Below the pieces are notes generated by a model. It saw only the letters and a list, made by a program, of their open reading frames with translations, was not told where the DNA came from and ran no database searches. Made by a program: the position numbers and the translations under genes. From Fimbriimonadales bacterium (GTDB lineage: Bacteria > Armatimonadota > Fimbriimonadia > Fimbriimonadales > ATM1): a stretch of 20,393 nt of DNA. Of the stretch, positions 7,687 through 16,037 are shown in pieces. The stretch spans positions 1 to 20,393 of the forward strand of contig JBPCLO010000028.1 of NCBI GenBank assembly GCA_051003155.1. The letters run 5' to 3'. Within the stretch, counting starts at the first letter, position 1, and each line of letters starts with the position of its first letter.

Positions 7687-8217
7687 ATGCTGATCGCGCT
7701 ACTCGCTGCAACCGTTCTTACCCCCCAGGTCCCGGTTTACAAGCCCAATGGCCCCATCGTCCAAGTCGTGATGGCAGGGCGTGGACGTTTCGAGATCACG
7801 ACAGATCCCACGTGCTCGCCCAAAACCGTCGCGCATATACTTGCGCTTGTGAAGAAACGCTTCTACGACCGCCAGCGCATCCACCGGGTCGAGCCATGGG
7901 TTACCCAGTGGGGCGCATCCGCTAGCAAGACCAAGCCGCTGACCACGGAAGAAGTGCTCGGCGGTGGCAGCGGCAAAGACATCCCCGTCTTCGAAATGTG
8001 CGAGGTCGATTTCACGCGCGGCGTCGTGGGAATTGCGAGCACCGGGCTCCAAATGCCGGGAGATTCGCAGATTTTTATTCTGAAGAAGGACACGCTGCGG
8101 CTCTACCATAGCTACGCTGTATTCGGCAAGGTGACCAAGGGCATGGAAGTGGTCGACCGAATCGCAAAGGGCGATCGGATTAAAGCGATGCGCATCATAA
8201 AGCCGAAATCAAGATAG
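7687..8217 (+). CDS. Cyclophilin-type peptidyl-prolyl cis-trans isomerase with signal peptide
   Basis: Motifs PKTV, FYD...IHRV..WVTQWG, RGVVGIA, SQIFI and YAVFGKVTKGMEVVD.I. Hydrophobic N-terminus. Confidence 0.9.
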   Translation: MLIALLAATVLTPQVPVYKPNGPIVQVVMAGRGRFEITTDPTCSPKTVAHILALVKKRFYDRQRIHRVEPWVTQWGASASKTKPLTTEEVLGGGSGKDIPVFEMCEVDFTRGVVGIASTGLQMPGDSQIFILKKDTLRLYHSYAVFGKVTKGMEVVDRIAKGDRIKAMRIIKPKSR

Positions 8218-9034
8218 AGTTCTGAGACGGGTCGCGGGCCAGATATCCCCCCAGCGTTTCGTCGACAACCACTCTCGCGTCCCTGAGTCGCCCGGCCAAT
8301 ACATCGGGCTCTGGCGAAAGTATCTCGAAGTGCCGCAGACCCGTCGAGTTCTCTGGCGGTGGTGGAGCGCCTGCACTGGACCACGTGTTCAGGCCGACGT
8401 GGTGGTGATATCCGCCCGCGGAAACGAAGGACGCCCGATCACCGTATCGTGCCATCAATGCGAATCCCAGGAGGCCCGAATTGAACGCCTCGGCCTGGGG
8501 TATGTCCCGCACCTTGAGGTGCACGTGTCCCATCACCGTCCCTTGCGGAATCTCCAAGGATGGCGGCCCATCCGCCTCGGCAAGCAGGCCGTCGACGTCG
8601 AGCGGATCGGTAGCCATGACGACTTCTTCACCCCTGAACTCCCACTCGTCGCGTGGTCTATCTCGGTAGATCTCGATGCCGTTGCCGTCCGGATCCGCCA
8701 AGTAGATCGCCTCGCTCACCCTGTGGTCTGCGAAGCCCTGGAGTAGTGTGCCCTTTTCGACGAGCCTTCTGAGAGCATGGGCCAAGTCGCGTCGAGTCGG
8801 AACGAGAATCGCAAAATGAAAGAGCCCGGTTGTCCGTCCGGGAGGGCGCGCATACAGGTTCTCCGTCAAAGCCAAGAGCACCCGCTTGTCGACACCGAGC
8901 AGGGTCCCGTCGTCATTTCTATCAAACACGTGCAGGCCGAGGCGTTCCGTGTAAAAAGCGATGGATCGGGCAAGGTCGGTAACGGTCAAGTGAACCCGCC
9001 CGATCTTAGTTTCCGAGTGAACCTGGTAAGCCAT
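8195..9034 (-). CDS. VOC family protein, catechol 2,3-dioxygenase (CatE)-like
   Basis: Motifs IGRVHLTV.DL.RS..FY, GLFHFAILVP.R, DH.VSEAIYL.DPDGNGIEIYRD, GHVHLKV and GGYHHHVGLNTW. Confidence 0.92.
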   Translation of the reverse strand: MAYQVHSETKIGRVHLTVTDLARSIAFYTERLGLHVFDRNDDGTLLGVDKRVLLALTENLYARPPGRTTGLFHFAILVPTRRDLAHALRRLVEKGTLLQGFADHRVSEAIYLADPDGNGIEIYRDRPRDEWEFRGEEVVMATDPLDVDGLLAEADGPPSLEIPQGTVMGHVHLKVRDIPQAEAFNSGLLGFALMARYGDRASFVSAGGYHHHVGLNTWSSAGAPPPPENSTGLRHFEILSPEPDVLAGRLRDARVVVDETLGGYLARDPSQNSILISAL

Positions 9035-9072
9035 CGCTAGGAATTCTGCACTAAGCGGTCTATACTCGGTTT

Positions 9073-9369
9073 TTACAAAGTGGGGTCAGCAGGGCGCCAC
9101 CCGCGTGGCGGAATATCGCCTCCTGTTGAAATCTGCGCCTTGAATGTATTGACAACCATGTTAAGAAAACCATCGGCGATTGCCGTCGGACTTCCTTGCT
9201 CACTTGCCGCTCTCGACGAAGGGAGAGTAGCCGTCGACTGCGGTCTCAGTTTGTCTCGTGATGACTCCTGCCTGCGTCGTCTCAGGGCTAGTTTGGGATC
9301 TGCAGTCTGTTGGTGGGCGGATGACCTCCGAGTTTGTGCAAGGCCCGAGATAACGACGCCAACCGTCAC
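9073..9369 (-). CDS. Possible 98-codon ORF (doubtful)
   Basis: GTG overlaps the stop of the upstream gene (GTGA) and the frame is open to TAA 9073. The composition is S/R/Q-rich with no recognisable motif. Confidence 0.2.
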   Translation of the reverse strand: MTVGVVISGLAQTRRSSAHQQTADPKLALRRRRQESSRDKLRPQSTATLPSSRAASEQGSPTAIADGFLNMVVNTFKAQISTGGDIPPRGWRPADPTL

Positions 9370-10439
9370 CTGATCAGCCAGTCGGTTCGGCCAAGGTAAA
9401 TCTTGCCATAGCCGTCTTGGTAGATCCAGTACTTCTCGTTCGCGCTCGAGCCCAATATGCGGTAGTTGCCGAGGTTGTCCCATTTCGTTCCCGACTTCTG
9501 GGCACGCCACAACGAAAACCGCTCGTTGTTCGGAGAGAAGCTCCAAGCTTCGCCCCCACGAACGGTCCTCGTGACAAACAGGCGCCCCCTTAGATACCAA
9601 ATGTGCTCGAAGCCGCCACCACTTAAGGAAAGGGTCCGCTTCCGCCCGGTTGCAATGTCGAGTTCGATAACTCCGTCGAGCCTGGTGTACACCGCCTTTC
9701 CGCCTCCCACGTCGACGAGCGTCGGACGATAGCGCTTGCCCGGTTGGCGAGGATTCTCGATCTCATCCATCTCGGCAGGAACTTGCTTGCCCGCGCACCG
9801 CTTATATGGGCCTGCCGCCTTCGTTCGCGTCAGTTTGGTGCCGACAAAATTGTAGGCTTCGAGCTTCGTCTTCGATCGGCTAGTTGCACCAACGAGGAGC
9901 GTCGCGTTCTTGTCGCCATTAATTGTGCAATGGAATACTTGGTAAGTACGGCCATCTTGTGGAAACAGCGCCTCTCGATTGGGCCTCGCGCCGCGTGCCG
10001 CCGGCAGTAACCTGACTACTCCAGCATAGCGTTTGAGTTTCGGCCCGATTCGTGAAAACACTATGTCGAAGCTGAACAGTTCCCCGTCGCTACCTATTAC
10101 GCCCAGCAATTGTAAAGCATTGAAGTGATAACTGGCGCCAGCACCTCTCGCAATGTATGCACTCTGGCTAGTCGTTGCTGTCTGAATAGGCCGAGCACCG
10201 GGCTTGTAGTAGAATCGTAAAGTCTCCTTCTCATACTTCACTCGGCCCCTGCGATCCATAAGGCCCACGCCGTAAACGGGAAAGCCGTTATTAGAACACA
10301 CCGCGACCGGCCCCGACGAACGACGAGCCGGCTCGGCAAGCCACTTGGTTAGGTCTCGAATAGGCTTGCTTGGAATCGCGGTCGACTGCTCGACGATTGG
10401 AGCGGTCAAGAGCAAGAGAATGGATAACAGCATCATCAC
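9366..10439 (-). CDS. Hypothetical secreted, basic, beta-rich protein
   Basis: 357 aa with signal-like MMMLLSILLLLTAP. Rich in K/R/G/Y. GTGA overlap with the upstream ORF. Confidence 0.75.
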   Translation of the reverse strand: MMMLLSILLLLTAPIVEQSTAIPSKPIRDLTKWLAEPARRSSGPVAVCSNNGFPVYGVGLMDRRGRVKYEKETLRFYYKPGARPIQTATTSQSAYIARGAGASYHFNALQLLGVIGSDGELFSFDIVFSRIGPKLKRYAGVVRLLPAARGARPNREALFPQDGRTYQVFHCTINGDKNATLLVGATSRSKTKLEAYNFVGTKLTRTKAAGPYKRCAGKQVPAEMDEIENPRQPGKRYRPTLVDVGGGKAVYTRLDGVIELDIATGRKRTLSLSGGGFEHIWYLRGRLFVTRTVRGGEAWSFSPNNERFSLWRAQKSGTKWDNLGNYRILGSSANEKYWIYQDGYGKIYLGRTDWLIR

Positions 10440-10948
10440 GGATATTGAAGGACCTCAAGACCAACGGCCTTGAGGTTCATTGGCAGGGTCGCCGCGCCAG
10501 CATTAGCGACTGCGACGAAGACATACTGAGAATTCGTATTAGGAGGGACGCCAACGCTTCCCAGGACAACTGCCGATTGATTGCCTGGATTGAACGCGAT
10601 GGGAGGAACTCCCGCATCAGGAAAACCGGTAGGATCTACGATCTTTGCGGCGCCGAAGTACGTGTGGTCCGTATCTCGAGCTTCCATGAGGATCGAAACG
10701 ACACCGGCGAGGGTCTCGTGATTGTTCGTCGCGGTTAGTCGATAGATTCCGTTTGCGCCCCACGTTCCGTCATTCCTCGTAGAAGGAACTATTCCTGGCC
10801 GAACGTTGAATCCTAACGGACCATGCACTTCCGCACCACCGACCCCGCAAGACCGCGTTGGTGATAGATTCCGGACTATTGCTGACGACGAGGGTCCAAT
10901 CGTCAGTCGAGATGATCGGACCCGGCGGAAAGTTCCATCTCGGGGCAA
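10436..10948 (-). CDS. Hypothetical protein, probably a 5'-truncated remnant (DUF3370-like C-terminal domain)
   Basis: The last ~130 aa look protein-like (G..GIYRLT..N, YFGAAKI, AVVLGSV.VPP, ATLPMNL). The first ~40 aa look non-coding, the start is TTG and there is no clear SD. Confidence 0.5.
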   Translation of the reverse strand: MPRDGTFRRVRSSRLTIGPSSSAIVRNLSPTRSCGVGGAEVHGPLGFNVRPGIVPSTRNDGTWGANGIYRLTATNNHETLAGVVSILMEARDTDHTYFGAAKIVDPTGFPDAGVPPIAFNPGNQSAVVLGSVGVPPNTNSQYVFVAVANAGAATLPMNLKAVGLEVLQYP

Positions 10949-11116
10949 GGCTAGCTCCGCGCGTGTAATCTCCCTGAAAGCATGGCATACATACTTTGAA
11001 ACGCCTGACGGGAATCGGTCGTTCCCATCGAAGCCCTGTTGAAATCGCTTGCAAGTACCATCTGCACGACTCGGTCGTGATCGACGAAATGGCCGACATC
11101 GGCAGGCGCGAAAAGG

Positions 11117-11191
11117 TGGTGGGCGGTACTGGACTTGAACCAGTGACCCCTTCGGTGTGAACGAAGTGCTCTACCACTGAGCTAACCGCCC
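11117..11191 (-). tRNA. tRNA-Val (CAC)
   Basis: GGGCGGTTAGCTCAGTGGTAGAGCACTTCGTTCACACCGAAGGGGTCACTGGTTCAAGTCCAGTACCGCCCACCA: anticodon loop TTCACAC, 75 nt. Confidence 0.97.
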
Positions 11192-11239
11192 GGGTCAGTC
11201 AATGTACCCCAGGGGAAACGGAAGGTAATCTCGAAACCG

Positions 11240-11590
11240 TTGCAACATAAAGATTGGGTTTTGATAGACGGGGACTGCGGTCTTTGACTGAGGTTCGGCG
11301 CCTGGGTCAGGCGCCTCGATGCCGAAAGGCGATTCGACGTCGTCCCCTATCAACACGCCCCCGAACCGCCGATGACCCCTGCGCTCCGCAAGGCATGCGA
11401 AAGGGCTCTGCACGTGGTCCGGACCAACGGCGAGATTCTACGGGGCGGGACGGCGTTCCTACACATCCGCAAGTGTCTCGGCCTTGGCAGCCCGCCGAAG
11501 CCTTTCGTCGACGTGGCGTATTGGCTCGTCTCGCACAACCGCGATCTTTTCTCGAATTTCCTCTATCGGGGCGAGCGTTGGTCGGAGTAA
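11240..11590 (+). CDS. DCC1/DUF393-like thiol-disulfide oxidoreductase with in-frame TGA (candidate selenocysteine, CxxU)
   Basis: TTG 11240 gives MQHKDWVLIDGDCGL*LRFGAWVRRLDAERRFDVVPYQHAPEPP, in frame with the track ORF 11372-11590 (MTPALRKACERALHVVRTNGEILRGG...AYWLVSHNR). TGA 11285-11287 sits at the second Cys of DxxCxxC. 116 aa in total. Confidence 0.8.
11297..11315 (+). promoter_or_regulatory. Candidate bacterial SECIS hairpin
   Basis: GGCGCCTG-GGT-CAGGCGCC: perfect 8-bp stem. The G-starting apical loop begins 17 nt after the UGA. Confidence 0.7.
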
Positions 11591-11600
11591 CATCGAAGCG

Positions 11601-12290
11601 ATGAAACGGCCCGTCATCCTCATCTCGCCGGACTTCTCCGTTCCCGGCGAGGTTATCCGCGAGAGGATTCAGCTCAATCTGGAGTACCAGGAAGCAATTG
11701 CCGCCGCCGGGGGCGAGCCGATCCTCGCCTCGCCCTACGCCAACACGTCATCATTTTGCGACATCGCGGACGGCTGGCTCATCACCGGGGGCCGCGACCT
11801 TCCCGGCGACATGTTCGGCCAAGAGACCCACCCCGAGGCAAAGCTCGTCTCCGAAAAGCGAATCCGTGCGGAACAGAGCCTATACGAATCGATCGAAGGC
11901 ACGGGCAAGCCGATTCTCGGCATCTGTTTCGGCATGCAGTTCCTGGCAGTAACGAACGGGGCGACGCTCCATCAGCACCTACCCGAAATCGTCGGGCACG
12001 AAAGCCACACCGACGGCAAGAGCAGGGTTTCGGTGACGCCAGGTTCGCGGATGGAATCGATCGGTGTCTCCGGTGAGTTCGAGGTCGGCTGCTACCACCA
12101 CCAGGCGGTCGCCGATCCGCCGGCGGGCTGGTCTGTTTGCGCCACATCGGAAGATGGCACCATCGAGGCCATCGAGGAAAACACCGGCCGCTGGCGTTTC
12201 GGCGTGCAATGGCATCCCGAGCGCACGGCCGAATCAGAGCCAACGAAAGCCCTTTTCCGGTCGTTTGTTTCAGCGGCTAGTCCGCGCTGA
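11601..12290 (+). CDS. Peptidase C26 / gamma-glutamyl-gamma-aminobutyrate hydrolase family (class I glutamine amidotransferase)
   Basis: Motifs DG.LITGG.D, PILGICFGMQ, HHQAV, DGTIEAIE and GVQWHPE. Start at ATG 11601 (MKRPVILI). Confidence 0.92.
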   Translation: MKRPVILISPDFSVPGEVIRERIQLNLEYQEAIAAAGGEPILASPYANTSSFCDIADGWLITGGRDLPGDMFGQETHPEAKLVSEKRIRAEQSLYESIEGTGKPILGICFGMQFLAVTNGATLHQHLPEIVGHESHTDGKSRVSVTPGSRMESIGVSGEFEVGCYHHQAVADPPAGWSVCATSEDGTIEAIEENTGRWRFGVQWHPERTAESEPTKALFRSFVSAASPR

Positions 12291-12687
12291 GCGCACGCTC
12301 GGCGAGGATCACGGCTACAAAATCGTCCACCGGCACCGGAGGCACTTGCAGGCTGCTCGGAAGCAATCTTCTCCATCCCCGCCGAGGCGTGTGCTGCCAA
12401 TACCGTTCTCGCGCCCGAATGCTGGTATCCCGCTCGTCCAGGATCAGCATCGCCTGGCCGGGGAGCGCGGCCCGAATTTTCGACTGGACCTGTTTCGAGT
12501 TTGTGCCATTTCCAATAACAATTAAATCGATATCGTAGCTTGCAGCGATATCGATAATAACCTGGCCCACTTCCTCCAACTGGGAAATTCTACGATGAAG
12601 GATTTCGTCGATCCCGTCTTCCTTGCGAACAACAGCCAAGCCGCATTTGCCGCTTCCGGGATCGATCGCCAAAACCGTTCGTTTCAC
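12277..12687 (-). CDS. YqgF/RuvX-like RNase H-fold nuclease
   Basis: Motifs VLAIDPG..KCGLAVV, IVIGNGT, DERDTS..AR.RYW and PVDDFVAVILAER. Confidence 0.85.
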   Translation of the reverse strand: MKRTVLAIDPGSGKCGLAVVRKEDGIDEILHRRISQLEEVGQVIIDIAASYDIDLIVIGNGTNSKQVQSKIRAALPGQAMLILDERDTSIRARERYWQHTPRRGWRRLLPSSLQVPPVPVDDFVAVILAERALSAD

Positions 12688-14180
12688 GGATTGGCAACCT
12701 TGAATTTCAACAAGAGGGGTTCGGCCTTCTTTGTGTCTTTGGCAGCTATGGCCGTGACCCTCGAAGGCCTTAATCGCCGTCTGATCTGCTGCACTAAGCC
12801 TGTCATTTGATCGTATGTGACTTCACCGAGAGATGTCTCGCGCCCATGCACAGGAATTAGCCCGGCGGCTTCTGCTTTGCTCCTCACGTCGGTCCGCAAA
12901 AATGCAATCACAGCGTCCCATATCTCGCCTTCTGCAAGCGACCCGTCGATAACAGATGTGGCAATTTCATCGCCCGATTCAAAAATCTTTTGATTGAGGA
13001 AAACGTCGACGATAACCGGCACAGGTTTTTCCTCTCCGGTAAAGTAATTGTAAAATGAGGACGCAATAATGATCAAGTCCTCTTGTTTTTCGCCGATGCC
13101 TCGCGCCAATGCATTCATGTGAGCCTCAGCGGATATCTTAACACTGGTGCCGTCCGGCAAAATTCTTACTCGGTCGCTCATGACGGCGGCACTACCGTTA
13201 GCATCGGGCTTGACGCCACGCTCGCGTGCAACGACGTCAGCGGCTTTTGTTGTCTGAAGGAGTTTCGCCATCGCCGAATCTCGATCGAGGCCGCCTTGTA
13301 TTTGGAGACGCGCGAGTTCTTCGCCTCTACGGAAGAGAACGTCGCTCGCCCGAACCGCTTCGATGCCGCCGGTTACGTTCGCCATTTCGCCTTCCAGTTC
13401 CATCAGCGTTAGGCGCAAATCGCGCATCTTGTCGTATGTGAGCTGCATCTCAACTTCGGCATCCTTTGTTTCCTTTCGCGCAGCTTCGGCTCGCTCGCGC
13501 TGGCCATCGGCTTCCACCTCGAGTCGCTGTATTTGCTGCACCAACTCGATGGAGTTTTTCTTGAGGCCCTCTGTCTCGTTGAACAGTCTTTTCGATTCCG
13601 TGCGGCTGCTACCGAGTTCGCGCTGCTGTACCGCAAGCTGGTTGCTCTTTTCCTTAACACTCGCTTTCAACTGCTGCTCGCGGCCGGCGAGAACCGAAAC
13701 TCTTGTGGAAACCTTTCGTTCCCTGACGCCGGCCGCAACTAGGTCCTTCTTGGCCCCCGCGGCTTGGCCCCTGGCACTATCCCGCTCTGAGACCGCGGCA
13801 TCTCGCTGCTCGGCCGCCTGCGCTCGTTTTAACTGTACTTGTTTGATCTGATTCGTCTGTTCTTTGGCTTCACGCTCCAAGCGAATAACCTCTAGGCTGT
13901 TCTTCTCGATCTGTGTTTCGAGCATATCCCGTTCACGGGCGAGCTCCGGCCCTTCCGTAAGCCATTGGCGCACCGATCGGCTGTTCGTAATGAGCCCGTA
14001 GGTCGTGGCGATGGGGATGAGCATCCCCATAAGAACGGTGAAGACGGTCGCGGTATGCCGCGGCCGAAGCCCCGCAATTCGGAGCCTCTTCTTCCCCATT
14101 TTCCGGCCAAGCCAGTCGCCGAGGTAGGCAATCAGGCCGCCCATCAGAACGAACAAAAGCAATATTTGCGGTGAAGTCAT
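12684..14180 (-). CDS. DUF3084 domain-containing membrane-anchored coiled-coil protein
   Basis: N-terminal GGLIAYLGD.LG.K.GKKRL...GLRPRHTA signature followed by a long coiled coil. Confidence 0.88.
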   Translation of the reverse strand: MTSPQILLLFVLMGGLIAYLGDWLGRKMGKKRLRIAGLRPRHTATVFTVLMGMLIPIATTYGLITNSRSVRQWLTEGPELARERDMLETQIEKNSLEVIRLEREAKEQTNQIKQVQLKRAQAAEQRDAAVSERDSARGQAAGAKKDLVAAGVRERKVSTRVSVLAGREQQLKASVKEKSNQLAVQQRELGSSRTESKRLFNETEGLKKNSIELVQQIQRLEVEADGQRERAEAARKETKDAEVEMQLTYDKMRDLRLTLMELEGEMANVTGGIEAVRASDVLFRRGEELARLQIQGGLDRDSAMAKLLQTTKAADVVARERGVKPDANGSAAVMSDRVRILPDGTSVKISAEAHMNALARGIGEKQEDLIIIASSFYNYFTGEEKPVPVIVDVFLNQKIFESGDEIATSVIDGSLAEGEIWDAVIAFLRTDVRSKAEAAGLIPVHGRETSLGEVTYDQMTGLVQQIRRRLRPSRVTAIAAKDTKKAEPLLLKFKVANP

Positions 14181-14189
14181 TCCATTTCC

Positions 14190-15317
14190 TTAGTGATTCT
14201 TTTTGATTAAGAGCGCCGTTGCAAATCCGAATCCTACGGCAACGGGGAAGAAGGCGCTGAAAGCGGGGTTTACCCCGCCCCCTTTTGCCAAAACTGTCAT
14301 GTAGCTATGCAGCAAGTAATAGCCAAAAATGATGGCGATGCTGATACCGACACCGATTCCGGCGCTCTGACGAACTCTTCTTATGCTCACCGGAGCTCCT
14401 AAAAGTGCGAACATAACGGCAGTCAGCGGCAAGCTCACCTTCGTCCAATATCCAACCTGGCGGTCCCGGAGTTTTCGCTTCGCCTCTTCGTCCATGTTTG
14501 GCGTAGATTCCATCTTCTTGATCTGCTCGCCTAATTGACGCATTGACATGGAGTCATTGTCGGTCATCGTTTCGGCGAGCGCTGACTGAGGTGAAAAATC
14601 GAGCGCACCTTCCCATCCTGCAAGCGGCTGTGATCTCTCGAATTTGCTCTCGTTAATGACACCGTCGGCGGCGACTTTGAACATGTGGGCTCCGCGCGCC
14701 TCCCACGATTTACCAGGAACGTAATAGAGCTCTTTAAAATATGCCCACGCCTGCGGTTCGCGCTCTCCGCCGAACCACACGATGGTCGCATCCGACATGC
14801 TCCCGGTCGAGAAATTAATGTCGAGTGACGCCAATTGCCCCCACACCTTGCCGTCGTTGCCATAAAGCGTCCGCGTAAACGGCTGGGAGGTTTCACCCAA
14901 ACCTCGTTGGATTTTACGGAGCAAACCCGATGCTTCGGCCGCCGCGTTCGGAACGACATACTCGCCGAAAACAAAGGAGAGGGCCGCAACTGCGAGCCCG
15001 AATATCGCAACAGGACGCATAATCCGGTAAAGGCTCGCACCCCCCGTTTGTGCGGCGATAATCTCCGAATCGTTAGAAAGGCGCGCAAACGCCAGAAGTG
15101 AAGCCAGCAGAACTGCCATCGGAAATGTTTTGGCAACCAGCGCTGGCATAAATAGAATGCTTAGACGCACCACATCCGACGCGTCTACGCCCTTGACTAA
15201 AAAATCCGTTAACCTAAACAAATAGGTGCCCGCCATCAGCACCACAGAAAACATCGTCACCCCGAATATCCATGGGCCGATCATTTCCTTGATTACAAGG
15301 CGATCGAGAAGCCCCAT
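14190..15317 (-). CDS. LptF/LptG family LPS export permease
   Basis: Motifs LLDR.VIKEMIGP.IFGV, TFPMAVLLASLLAF.RLS.DSEI.A and K.SLP....FALLGAP. Lies downstream of lptB. Confidence 0.92.
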   Translation of the reverse strand: MGLLDRLVIKEMIGPWIFGVTMFSVVLMAGTYLFRLTDFLVKGVDASDVVRLSILFMPALVAKTFPMAVLLASLLAFARLSNDSEIIAAQTGGASLYRIMRPVAIFGLAVAALSFVFGEYVVPNAAAEASGLLRKIQRGLGETSQPFTRTLYGNDGKVWGQLASLDINFSTGSMSDATIVWFGGEREPQAWAYFKELYYVPGKSWEARGAHMFKVAADGVINESKFERSQPLAGWEGALDFSPQSALAETMTDNDSMSMRQLGEQIKKMESTPNMDEEAKRKLRDRQVGYWTKVSLPLTAVMFALLGAPVSIRRVRQSAGIGVGISIAIIFGYYLLHSYMTVLAKGGGVNPAFSAFFPVAVGFGFATALLIKKNH

Positions 15318-16034
15318 TTATTCGAAGCGTTCTCCGAGATAGTACTTTTTCACGTCGGGATCGCTAACGATTTTATTGCGGTCACCCTCTTGGACGATTT
15401 GGCCCTGAACCAAAATGTAATTCCAGTCGGTGATATTCAATGTTGCGCCGACGTTATGGTCGGTAATGAGTATGCCGATTCCGCGATCGCGCAATGCGTG
15501 GATAATTTCTTGTAATTCCTCGATCGTGCGCGGATCGATGCCCGTGAACGGCTCGTCGAGCAAGATGAATTTCGGGTCCGTCGCCAGGGCCCTCGCGATC
15601 TCGACCCTACGCCGCTCCCCGCCGGACAGCGTGCTTCCCATACTGTGCCTTCGATCGAGCATATGAAGTTCCCCGAGGAGTTCCTCGATCTTTTGCTTTT
15701 GCTCCCTCGAGCTGACTCCATGGAGTTCCAGGACAAGCTTGAGGTTCTCCTCGACTGTTAGCCGCCGAAACACCGAGGCTTCCTGCGGCAGGTAGCCGAT
15801 CCCGGACCGCGCCCGCAGGTACATCGGCCACCGGGTGACCTCTTTGTCATTGAGAAACACCTTGCCTTCAAGGGGTTTCACGAGGCCCGTGATCATGTAA
15901 AACGTCGTCGTCTTTCCGGCCCCGTTCGGGCCTAATAAACCCACGACCTGGCCCGTTTCTATTCGGATGGAAACCCCGTCGACGACTTTTCTGCTTCGGT
16001 ACTTCTTGGCCAATCCTTCGGCCCGGATGATCAC
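15318..16034 (-). CDS. lptB: LPS export ABC transporter ATP-binding protein
   Basis: Motifs VGLLGPNGAGKTTTFYMITGL, GIGYLPQEASVFR.LTV, LSGGERRRVEIARAL, LLDEPF.GIDP, ILITDHNV and YYLGE.F. Confidence 0.96.
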   Translation of the reverse strand: MIIRAEGLAKKYRSRKVVDGVSIRIETGQVVGLLGPNGAGKTTTFYMITGLVKPLEGKVFLNDKEVTRWPMYLRARSGIGYLPQEASVFRRLTVEENLKLVLELHGVSSREQKQKIEELLGELHMLDRRHSMGSTLSGGERRRVEIARALATDPKFILLDEPFTGIDPRTIEELQEIIHALRDRGIGILITDHNVGATLNITDWNYILVQGQIVQEGDRNKIVSDPDVKKYYLGERFE

Positions 16035-16037
16035 CTC

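Larger units (their letters stand above)
9311..11126. mobile_element. Putative degenerate islet integrated at the tRNA-Val 3' end (no integrase present)
   Basis: 10-bp direct repeat TGGTGGGCGG at 9311-9320 and 11117-11126, equal to the last 10 nt of the tRNA (CCGCCCACCA). It encloses two genes of unrecognised function with visibly more AT-rich codons. Confidence 0.45.

Noticed and set aside
8195..8217. Convergent 3' overlaps (cyclophilin/VOC 23 nt; C26/YqgF-like 14 nt)
   Set aside because: Common in compact genomes, with no further signal.
9122..11046. GTTGAAATC resembling a CRISPR repeat end
   Set aside because: Only two copies 1.9 kb apart, with no regular spacers and no cas genes.
10770..11177. 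135-aa ORF, and likewise 904-1263
   Set aside because: Both read through tRNA genes and are spurious.
11372..11590. 72-aa stand-alone ORF
   Set aside because: It is the C-terminal part of the TGA-containing DCC-like gene and lacks the active-site motif.
11484..11600. Upstream extension of the C26 ORF
   Set aside because: It overlaps the DCC-like gene. Family-like sequence starts at ATG 11601, which has a -10 box 7 nt upstream.
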